From Dehalococcoidia bacterium (GTDB taxonomy: Bacteria; Chloroflexota; Dehalococcoidia; Lucifugimonadales; QGNO01), in contig CBDFLI010000002.1 of NCBI GenBank assembly GCA_965249115.1, positions 153,859-217,858 on the forward strand: a DNA stretch of 64,000 bases, in the 5' to 3' direction. Below, one piece after another: positions 48,841 to 56,359 of this stretch (the first letter of the stretch is position 1; each line of letters begins with the position of its first letter). The notes under the pieces were generated by a model that did no database searches, was not told the DNA's origin, and saw nothing but the letters and a program-made list of their open reading frames with translations. A program made the position numbers and the translations under genes.

Positions 48841-49395
48841 GGCCGATACGTCCCTGTCTTCCCGTTATGCTGTCTGGGGGCTGCAAATGGTGCATCTTGG
48901 CCTGTAGGCGAGGTCTTGTGAGGCCACAACCCGCCTGATTTGCCCCTAATTTAGCTACGAAATAGGCCGACAAATCCTCTGACCGGTCAGCGCCCGAAAA
49001 TGCAAATGAATGAAAAGCCACGCTAAACTACATTGCCTCCCCGACGATGACCTGATTGCACTTTTGCAACCCCTGACGCATCATCCGATAGCGAAGAAAC
49101 AGCTATGGTTGAACCTGTCCGGCGGGTCGGCACAGCTGATCCGGGCAGGATTTGGCGTGTCGGCGGCGTCCGCGGCCCAGTGTGGCCCATCGGTTTTGCG
49201 GCGAAACGATGTCGGGATGCGTGACATGATTTTGGGGCATGGGTAGGAACGGACATCCCGGGCCAGCCAGCTAGGGATTCCTGCCACATTTGGAGTGTAC
49301 TGACCGAAATCTGTGAACAGTTCTTGTCCAGGGCTGGTTCCACCGAAAAAGGGATGTGATTGTCAAAGCGGGCCACCCCCCTGTAGAGGACGAAA

Positions 49396-49860
49396 ATGAG
49401 TGACGAACGGGCATCGCGGGCCGACGACAATCAGCCCGACCTCAGATGGGTCGTGGAGTGGCTGGTCGAGCGGGAGGGTCAGCGCCGGACGGCGGCCCTT
49501 CTGGGAGTGAACCGGAAGACGGTGGCGCTGGCCCTGCGCCGTGAGCGACTGACGGGCAGGATGACTCTGGCCGTGCAGCGGCTCATGGCCAACCTGGACG
49601 ACCCCGGATGGGAGAGAACGACGCCACTGGACCGGCTGGAGGCGAGGATGAGGCTGGCGAATGAAGCCGTGGACGATCTGGCGAGGGTGGTGGAGCGTCT
49701 GACCCGTCGCGTGGAGGTCCTGGAGGCGGCTCGGCAACCCGAAGACGACGCCGGGGGCCGGGAGTCGGCGGATGCTCACGACGCCGAGGGGCGGGGCCTG
49801 CGTCTGTTCAACTGGAGACGGAGGCGTCAGTCACAGGGCGAGGAAAAGAGTGATGGATGA
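49396..49860 (+). CDS. hypothetical HTH-like / coiled-coil protein
   Basis: QRRTAALLGVNRKTVALALRRERL looks like an HTH. Its end overlaps the next gene by 8 nt. Confidence 0.5.
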   Translation: MSDERASRADDNQPDLRWVVEWLVEREGQRRTAALLGVNRKTVALALRRERLTGRMTLAVQRLMANLDDPGWERTTPLDRLEARMRLANEAVDDLARVVERLTRRVEVLEAARQPEDDAGGRESADAHDAEGRGLRLFNWRRRRQSQGEEKSDG

Positions 49861-50287
49861 GCGTGTGCGCTGGGTGACGAAAGCGGAGGCGGCGCGAGAG
49901 ATGGAGATATCCCTGTCCACTCTCGACCGGAGGATCAGGAGGGGGGAGATCGAGGTTCGCAGGGAGGGACGCTGGGTCCACGTGCGGATGGAGGGGCCGG
50001 AGTACGTGGGCGACGACGAGCTGCTGCGTCGATCCCTTGGTCGGGAGGACAAGCTTCAGCGGACGGTATGGGAGTTGGATAGGACAGTCACGGAGTTGGA
50101 GCGGGAGCGAGACGAGGCCAGGGAAGCGGCGTTAGCCAGCAGACAGGCGCATAAGGAGCTTGAGGAGGCGTACCGGAAGGAGCTGGCAGTCCACGGGAGG
50201 ACGAGACGCTTGACTATCAGGATCGGCTTGGCCGTGGTCGCGCTGCTCGTCATCTGCGGTCTGCTCACGTGGCGGCTGCTGGCGTAG
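49853..50287 (+). CDS. excisionase-type (MerR/HTH_17-like) DNA-binding protein with a coiled coil and a C-terminal transmembrane anchor
   Basis: WVTKAEAAREMEISLSTLDRRIRRGEIEVRREGRWVHV (Xis-like wHTH), a charged heptad region, then RRLTIRIGLAVVALLVICGLLTWRLLA at the C-terminus. Confidence 0.6.
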   Translation: MDERVRWVTKAEAAREMEISLSTLDRRIRRGEIEVRREGRWVHVRMEGPEYVGDDELLRRSLGREDKLQRTVWELDRTVTELERERDEAREAALASRQAHKELEEAYRKELAVHGRTRRLTIRIGLAVVALLVICGLLTWRLLA

Positions 50288-50299
50288 CCAATTAGTCTA

Positions 50300-51058
50300 A
50301 TGGCAATCATAAACATAGGCATTGTCATACTCATGGGGTTGCTGATCTTGTCTGTCAGCAGTGGCCTATTGAAACCTGAGCCCATAGCACCACGGGCATT
50401 GATCTTGAGTGCTTGGAACTATCTGAAATCTGGCCCTGTCTCTTTGGCTTTTGCCATACTGATCGTCGCCGTCGAAGTGGCTGTTGTTGCTACTGGGACT
50501 AAGGAGCAGCTTAGATCGGAATTCGGACTGCCCAACGACAACGCTTGGGCCTATTTCGTATACGCCTTTCTACACCACGACATCACGCACCTTCTGGAGA
50601 ACGCAGGAGCGCTGTTGATATGCGGGGGAATTATCGAGGGGAGGATGAAAAGCCGATGGCTTTTGGTTTTGGCAGCTTTGTTTATACCTCTGGGGGGCTA
50701 CCTTGCTACATTGACCGCTCCGGTGTTCATTGATTCTCCCTGGACTGGCGATCTTCCTTCCGTGGGGTTTAGCATTGTCGATTACGCCGTTCTTGCCCTA
50801 TGTTCATTCTTCGTCATTGACTTTGTCCTGAAGGAGCGATTTTTCAGGTTAGCTTCTGAGAGGCGAAAGAGGCTGTTAGGTACAGCGATAGTAACGCTGT
50901 ACCTCTTGTGCTCTTTCATCTCCGGCGTCAGCGATGGCCCTGGGGAATCAATCTTGGGGCATTCCATTGGAATAGCACTAGGAACAGTAGCGGTAGGGAC
51001 TTGGTGGGTTGTGCATCGCCCGCGCCCACCTTCGGCGTTAGGCATGTCGGTTCTATAG
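50300..51058 (+). CDS. rhomboid-family intramembrane serine protease
   Basis: FLHHDITHLLENAGALLICGGIIEGRMKS (HxxxN, like GlpG MHILFN..GGAVEKRLGS). VGFSIVDY (GxSx catalytic Ser). ILGHSIGIALG (catalytic His). Confidence 0.7.
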   Translation: MAIINIGIVILMGLLILSVSSGLLKPEPIAPRALILSAWNYLKSGPVSLAFAILIVAVEVAVVATGTKEQLRSEFGLPNDNAWAYFVYAFLHHDITHLLENAGALLICGGIIEGRMKSRWLLVLAALFIPLGGYLATLTAPVFIDSPWTGDLPSVGFSIVDYAVLALCSFFVIDFVLKERFFRLASERRKRLLGTAIVTLYLLCSFISGVSDGPGESILGHSIGIALGTVAVGTWWVVHRPRPPSALGMSVL

Positions 51059-51124
51059 GTTGCCTGCCGGGAGTCCCTTGACAACTGGGCAGGGGATCAT
51101 TGATGATGTAGAGTAAGACAGCTT

Positions 51125-51355
51125 ATGACCAACAGGTTCATCAACAGGAACACCAAGACGATTACGTTCTCCCTGCCGCCTGAGATGGCCGAGCAGGTGC
51201 AGGACGTCATGCGTGAGGAGGGCCGCACCATGAGCGAGCTCATCAGAGAGGCCCTCCGCAACTACATGGAAGAGCGGGAGTGGCTCAGGACCATCCGGTA
51301 CGAGAGACTCCGAGCTCGTCATGCCGAACAGGAAGATTCAAGGAGGACAAAATGA
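51125..51355 (+). CDS. ribbon-helix-helix (CopG-like) protein
   Basis: TKTITFSLPPEMAEQVQDVMREEGRTMSELIREALRNYM. Its stop overlaps the recombinase ATG by 4 nt. Confidence 0.75.
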   Translation: MTNRFINRNTKTITFSLPPEMAEQVQDVMREEGRTMSELIREALRNYMEEREWLRTIRYERLRARHAEQEDSRRTK

Positions 51356-52971
51356 AGGAACAACTACAGCCACTAACCCCGGCGGCGCTCTACGCCAGGG
51401 TCTCCAGCGAGCGGCAGGACGTGGACCTGTCCGTGTCCGCCCAGCTCAGGGCGCTCAAGGACTACGCCAAGGCCAACGGCTACTCCGTCGCCAGAGAGTA
51501 CGTGGACGAGGCCGAGAGCGGACGCGTCGCCGACAGGCCCCAGTTCAGGGAGATGATCGAGGAGGGGAGCCAGCCAAAGGCCCCGTTCCAGGTCATCTTG
51601 GTCTGGAAATTCTCCCGCTTCACCAGAAAGCGGGAGCACGCTGTGGCGTTCAAGTCGATGCTCCGGCGCAAAGGTGTGAGGGTCGTCTCCATCACCGAAC
51701 ACGCCGACGACTCCCCCACCGGCAAGCTCATGGAGGCCATCATCGAGTCCGTGGACGAATTTTACAGCGAAAATCTTGCCCAGGAGGTCGTCCGGGGAAT
51801 GAGGGAGGCCGCTTCGAGAGGCTTCTTCCTCGGCTCCAAGGCCCCCTTCGGCTACAGGCGGGTGAAGGTCAGCGACGGAGCCAAGGAGCGTCCCACCCTG
51901 GAGGTTGACCCTGCCACCGCTCCAATAGTGAAGGAGATATTCGAGAGCTCGCTCAGCGGCTACGGCCTCAAGGAGATATGCAGGACCCTGAACGACCGGG
52001 GCATCACCAACAGGGGCAAACGCTGGTACAAGGGAGGACTCCACTACCTGCTGACCAACGAGGCGTACACCGGCACAGCCGTGTGGGGCCGCACGTCGAA
52101 GGGAGAGAAGGCTCAGGACCCGGTGCGTGTTGAGGGAGCGTGGCCCGCCCTGGTATCCAGAGAGCTGTTCGTTGCCGTGCAGCAGGCGATGCGAGACCGT
52201 GCGCCGAAGGTGCAGAGGCCAGCCAGAGTAGGAAGCAAGTTCCTGCTGAGCGGTTTGCTCAAGTGCGGTGTGTGCGGCAGGCCCTACAGAGCCCAGGGAG
52301 CCAAGAGCGGACAGTACGGTTACTACATTTGCGGCACCCTGTTCACGGAGGGCGCGGGTACGTGCACCGCCCGATACCTGAACGCCCCCAGGCTGGAGGC
52401 GTTCGTAGTGGAGAAGATCAGGGAGCGCATTCTCACCGAGGAGACCATCGTCGAGCTGGTGACGATGGTGGCTGAGGAGATCGACGCCATGGCCGGGGAG
52501 TTGTCGGGTAGGCTGGAGGTCATCGAGGCGGAGCTATCGGACGTGAGGAAGCGGCTCGAGAAGCTCTACGAGGCCATTGAGACCAGCGAGCTGACGTTGG
52601 AGGTCCTGTCGCCCCGCATCCTGTCTCTGAGGCACCGCGAGGAGCAGCTGGAGGCTGCGCGAGACGATGCCGAGCGCCAGCTTGAACAGCGCAGGGTGGA
52701 GCTGCCGACCACGGAGGAGATCAAGGAGTATGTAGCGGACTTCCGAGACTTCCTGGAGGAAGGGACTATCCCCGAGTGCAAGGCGCTCATCCGCAACTTC
52801 GTGGAGGGCATCGAGGTCAACGGAGACGAGGCCGTGCTGACGTACACCATCCCCATGCCGAACGATGGTGTGACGTCGGAATCGGCCTCGGTTCTTGATT
52901 TCGTCAAGTCCGGCCCCACCAGCGACATTCGAACCTCTAGTTGCGCATTTACCGAAGACCTTCATCGCTAA
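51352..52971 (+). CDS. large serine recombinase (resolvase domain, recombinase domain, zinc ribbon, coiled coil)
   Basis: ATG follows AGGAGG. AALYARVSSERQD (catalytic Ser); VILVWKFSRFTRK; PFGYRR; CGVCGRPYRAQ...YYICG zinc-ribbon region. Confidence 0.9.
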   Translation: MKEQLQPLTPAALYARVSSERQDVDLSVSAQLRALKDYAKANGYSVAREYVDEAESGRVADRPQFREMIEEGSQPKAPFQVILVWKFSRFTRKREHAVAFKSMLRRKGVRVVSITEHADDSPTGKLMEAIIESVDEFYSENLAQEVVRGMREAASRGFFLGSKAPFGYRRVKVSDGAKERPTLEVDPATAPIVKEIFESSLSGYGLKEICRTLNDRGITNRGKRWYKGGLHYLLTNEAYTGTAVWGRTSKGEKAQDPVRVEGAWPALVSRELFVAVQQAMRDRAPKVQRPARVGSKFLLSGLLKCGVCGRPYRAQGAKSGQYGYYICGTLFTEGAGTCTARYLNAPRLEAFVVEKIRERILTEETIVELVTMVAEEIDAMAGELSGRLEVIEAELSDVRKRLEKLYEAIETSELTLEVLSPRILSLRHREEQLEAARDDAERQLEQRRVELPTTEEIKEYVADFRDFLEEGTIPECKALIRNFVEGIEVNGDEAVLTYTIPMPNDGVTSESASVLDFVKSGPTSDIRTSSCAFTEDLHR

Positions 52972-52985
52972 ACGCATGTGTTACA

Positions 52986-52995
52986 CTGGATCTGT
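52986..52995 (+). repeat. 10-bp direct repeat CTGGATCTGT (right candidate att core)
   Basis: Identical to 35984..35993. Confidence 0.45.
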
Positions 52996-53016
52996 CGGGC
53001 CAAATCTGGAGGTGGT

Positions 53017-53772
53017 ATGGAGAAGGTCGACTACGACGCACGCCTGCACGCCGTCTACGCCGCCGGCCGGCAGATGTCGCCCGATGCACAAAAAACCTGG
53101 ATGGAGGCGTTCGCTCGCCACCTGCCAGAGATACGGCCACTGGTCTGGCTCGACCTGGGCTCGGGTAGTGGCCGCATGACCCCCTCTTTGGCGAGTGCCT
53201 TCGGCGGCCCCGCCCACGGAGTCGAGCCGTCAGACAAGATGCGTGCTCAAGCCGTTGCTTACGCTGGCCATCCCGCCGTCACGTATGCGTCTGGGTCTGC
53301 CGAACACATCCCGTTGCCAGATGCCTCGTGTGACGCAGCCTTGCTGTTCTTCGTCTGGCACCACGTAGTCGATCGCGAGGGCGCTGTACAGGAGTTGCGC
53401 CGGGTCGTCAAGCCAGGCGGCAAGCTCTTCGTGCAGGCGAACTTCTCCGACAGGATGCCTGATACCTGGTGGTTCCGCGTCGTGCCCGAATGGCTGAAAG
53501 TCGACAAGGCGCAGTTCCGGTCCGAGGAAGAGGTGAAAAGTGACTTCGCCGGCGCCGGGTGGACGCTCCTCTCTCGCGATGAAGTCACCTGGCTTCGCTC
53601 GGCGAACCTGGCCGAGGACTTCGAGAAGCTGAAGCTGCGTCCCGTCTCGGTCTTCGAGCACATGAGCGAGGAAGTCGTCGAAGCGGACTTCGCCAGGATC
53701 GAGGCAGCGCTGCCCTCACTCGGCGACGGGCCTCAATACGAGACCAGCCAACTGCTCGTCTTCCAGCGCTAG
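53017..53772 (+). CDS. class I SAM-dependent methyltransferase
   Basis: ATG follows GGAGGTGG. WLDLGSGSGRMT; AALLFFVWHH. Confidence 0.8.
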   Translation: MEKVDYDARLHAVYAAGRQMSPDAQKTWMEAFARHLPEIRPLVWLDLGSGSGRMTPSLASAFGGPAHGVEPSDKMRAQAVAYAGHPAVTYASGSAEHIPLPDASCDAALLFFVWHHVVDREGAVQELRRVVKPGGKLFVQANFSDRMPDTWWFRVVPEWLKVDKAQFRSEEEVKSDFAGAGWTLLSRDEVTWLRSANLAEDFEKLKLRPVSVFEHMSEEVVEADFARIEAALPSLGDGPQYETSQLLVFQR

Positions 53773-53842
53773 CAGCGCAGTTTCTGGTCGGCCTGGGTAG
53801 AGACAGAAGGCCGTTGCTTTGGTGTGATGACTATACAGGATG

Positions 53843-53902
53843 CGGTGGAGGCCCCAGCTACGTTAGCACAGCGCTAATGCAGAAATGTTCGGTAAGCATC
53901 AG
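53843..53902 (+). repeat. 60-bp imperfect direct repeat, copy 1
   Basis: 45/60 identical to 55242..55301 (CGGTGGAGG....AGCTACGTTAGCAC..GCT...GC....ATG.TCGGTAA.CATC). Confidence 0.6.
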
Positions 53903-53929
53903 GCCACCCAGCCATGTAACGCAAAGGCT

Positions 53930-54223
53930 CTAGGAGATGGAACCGATTATGCTCTGGTATTCATCCTCTGTGAATGCCTTAAGCGTTGTAGACCTTATGT
54001 TCCCGGTCTTGTTGATTTCGAGCATGAACCGGGCTGCGGAATCGTCGTCAGGCATCTCTAGTAAGACCGCTAGATCATACTGGCCCATTAGAAGGTAAAA
54101 GAATACGATCCTGCCTCCCCTGTCCTCTGCTAATTGCTTTGCCGCTGCCAGCCGATCCGGGCTCTCCTTGATATTTTGTACTCCCTGAGTTGTATAATTG
54201 CCTAATACTAGATAGCTTGGCAT
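53930..54223 (-). CDS. GYD domain protein
   Basis: 97 aa. MPSYLVLGNYTTQGVQNIKESPDRLAAAKQLAE..GQYDLAVLLEMPDD. Confidence 0.75.
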   Translation of the reverse strand: MPSYLVLGNYTTQGVQNIKESPDRLAAAKQLAEDRGGRIVFFYLLMGQYDLAVLLEMPDDDSAARFMLEINKTGNIRSTTLKAFTEDEYQSIIGSIS

Positions 54224-54443
54224 TTTTCTCCTCCGTTACTTGTCACCATCAAGCTCACCGTAGGTGGACTTGTCTACCATCTGTCGACAACTATACAACA
54301 CTCTGGGTCCCTGCACGATAGTCCAGGCAAAACCCTATTCGGCGTTTGGAATCTTCCCTGGGTGTCAGCCGATCATGACCTGTGCCATCGGGGAAGACCC
54401 AGGTTTCATTCGTGATGTTCTGTGAATCTCGCCAGAGATTGCT

Positions 54444-55193
54444 TCACCTATCCTTCAGCTCTGCCAATTTGCGTTCGGCGTCCTCCGGATACACCGTTCC
54501 GATCAGCCGCCCATCCGGGTCGGTCACCAACGTGCTTTCCACATTCCCGCTGCGAAGTGACTCAACGACTGTTTCGAGTGAGGTGTCAGGGCGAATCGTC
54601 GCAGGGCCGAGTCGCATTACGTCCTCAATCATTGACTCTGGGTCGCCGTCCAGAGCACGGCCCCTCACGCGTCCAAGCACAACGTGTCGATCATTGATGA
54701 CGATGACGGCGTTCTTTCCCTCGGATCGAACTCGTGCGGCGACATCACCAAGCCTTTCACCGCTATGAGCGACGATGTCGTCATGCCTCAGGGTACTGCC
54801 AGCGGTCAATGGGCCAGCCGACAGCCCTTGGGTAGGCAGCGCCATCGCGAGCCAGTCCGCCTTGCCGTTCACATAGTCGTAAACCTTGGTGAATCCAAGT
54901 ATTTCGAGCCGCGCCGCGGCTCGTGGGCTCATGTCTCAGAGCGCGTCATGTCAATACACGATGACCGGGCGGTCCTTGTCGAGGCCGTTGGTCGTGTTTG
55001 CATCCAGGTTCTTCAAGGGAATGTTGATTGCATCCTCGATATGTTCGGCTTCAAACTCCGGCGGTGGAAGCACCTCAACAAGCTGGGCTGCCTCATCCAA
55101 AAGTAGCCGCTGGACTTCTTCGCGCCAAATCTTTGTGACCATAGCTTCAGCCTCCTGGGCGTCCTTGCGCTTTAGATCGCAGATATCCCGCAT
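54444..55193 (-). CDS. rhodanese domain plus CBS-pair protein with two in-frame UGA codons at the C-x4-C active-site positions (candidate selenoprotein; otherwise a pseudogene)
   Basis: ORFs 54951..55193 and 54444..54932 are in the same frame. Read-through gives ..AEHIEDAINIPL..DKDRPVIVY-U-HDAL-U-DMSPRAAARLEILGF..VYDYVNGKADW.., followed by CBS domains. UGA codons are at 54953..54951 and 54938..54936. Confidence 0.55.
54905..54923 (-). promoter_or_regulatory. SECIS-like hairpin downstream of the two UGA codons
   Basis: Minus strand CGAGCCG-CGGCG-CGGCUCG (7-bp GC stem, 5-nt G-rich loop). It starts 12 nt after UGA#2 and 27 nt after UGA#1. Confidence 0.4.
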
Positions 55194-55241
55194 TGTATTC
55201 CAGAAAGAGAGCGTGATAAGACACGATTATCATGAATGTTT

Positions 55242-55301
55242 CGGTGGAGGTATTAGCTACGTTAGCACGGTGCTCGGGCGTAGATGGTCGGTAATCATCG
55301 G
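55242..55301 (+). repeat. 60-bp imperfect direct repeat, copy 2
   Basis: See 53843..53902. It lies in the leader/promoter region of the rhodanese-CBS gene. Confidence 0.6.
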
Positions 55302-55365
55302 ATCTCCTGAATGGAGGCTGGCGGTCAGCATAGCACCTTTGAGTTGGACTCAACGGGACGGGAGG

Positions 55366-56286
55366 CTAAGCTGGCGTCTTCTGCTGGAGTCCCTTTGGCA
55401 TGACGAAGGTCACGTTCTCTTCGGCGACGGAGATAACGCGCACGTTGTCGGGCCGCAAGGCATCAACGACGGCCTGCACCAGACGCTCCGGCGTGGACGC
55501 GCCGGATGTGATGCCCACCCGTTGGGCACCGTCCAGCCATGTCCTGTCCAGCTCTTCCGGTCCGTTAATGAGGTAGGCCGGCCGACCTGCGGCTTCCGCA
55601 GCCTCTCGGAGACGGTTGCAGTTGGAGCTGTTCTGCGCGCCGATGACCAGCACTACGTCCACGTCCTGTGCCATGGCCTTTACGGCCTCCTGGCGGTTGG
55701 TAGTGGCGTAGCAGATGTCGTTACGGGTGAGCAGCTTGGGAAACCGCTCCTTGAGTACCTGGATGACCTTGCTGGTGTCGGCCACGCTGAGGGTTGTCTG
55801 GGTGAGGGCCACCACGCGGTTGGGATCGCCCACCTGCAGGTCGGCGGCTTCCTGTGGTGTCTCGATGAGGACGGTGTTGTCGGGGGCTTCACCCATGGTG
55901 CCGATGACCTCGTCGTGGCCCCGGTGGCCGACGAGGACGATGGTGTAGCCGTCCCGGGCGTAGCGCAGCGCCTCCAGGTGGACCTTTGTGACCAGCGGGC
56001 ACGTGGCGTCTATGATGCGCAGGTCCTTTGCCCTGGCTTCTTCCCACACCGACGGCGCTACGCCATGCGCCGAAAAGACGACGGTCTCACCGGGGGGAAT
56101 ATCCTGGATTTCGTCGACGAAGATTGCGCCTCGTTGTTTGAGGTCGTTTACCACATGAGGATTGTGGACGATCTCATGGCGCACATATATGGGAGGGCTA
56201 AACTGCTGGAGACATAGCTCCACCACGTCAATGGCGCGCACCACGCCGGCGCAGAACCCTCTGGGGGCACTGAGAACAACGTCTAT
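55366..56286 (-). CDS. ispH: 4-hydroxy-3-methylbut-2-enyl diphosphate reductase
   Basis: The track ORF starts at a GTG (56244) inside the conserved N-terminus. The upstream in-frame codons read I-D-V-V-L-S-A-P-R-G-F-C-A-G-V, which includes the essential first cluster Cys. There is no ATG/GTG/TTG between that motif and the upstream in-frame TAA. AUA at 56286 sits 8 nt after AGGA. Confidence 0.85.
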   Translation of the reverse strand: MDVVLSAPRGFCAGVVRAIDVVELCLQQFSPPIYVRHEIVHNPHVVNDLKQRGAIFVDEIQDIPPGETVVFSAHGVAPSVWEEARAKDLRIIDATCPLVTKVHLEALRYARDGYTIVLVGHRGHDEVIGTMGEAPDNTVLIETPQEAADLQVGDPNRVVALTQTTLSVADTSKVIQVLKERFPKLLTRNDICYATTNRQEAVKAMAQDVDVVLVIGAQNSSNCNRLREAAEAAGRPAYLINGPEELDRTWLDGAQRVGITSGASTPERLVQAVVDALRPDNVRVISVAEENVTFVMPKGLQQKTPA

Positions 56287-56359
56287 GACCGGTATCCTGT
56301 TAGCAACATTATGTACTAATTATACGACAAAAGGGTTATCGGGTGGAAACCGGTGGCGG

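Larger units (their letters stand above)
35984..52995. mobile_element. putative 17-kb integrative element (serine-recombinase type) carrying a Type I R-M defence operon
   Basis: Large serine recombinase at the right edge. Xis-like HTH, RHH and replication-relaxation genes. 10-bp direct repeats. A tRNA remnant 40 bp outside the left repeat. Mosaic GC content. Confidence 0.45.

Noticed and set aside
54936-54953. Global reassignment of UGA (to Trp or Gly) as the explanation for the in-frame TGAs.
   Set aside because: Several well-defined genes in the window end at TGA at the expected protein length (glcD at 25190, the PTER gene at 18898, the DUF3090 gene at 33545). The two internal TGAs also align to Cys positions, not to Trp or Gly.
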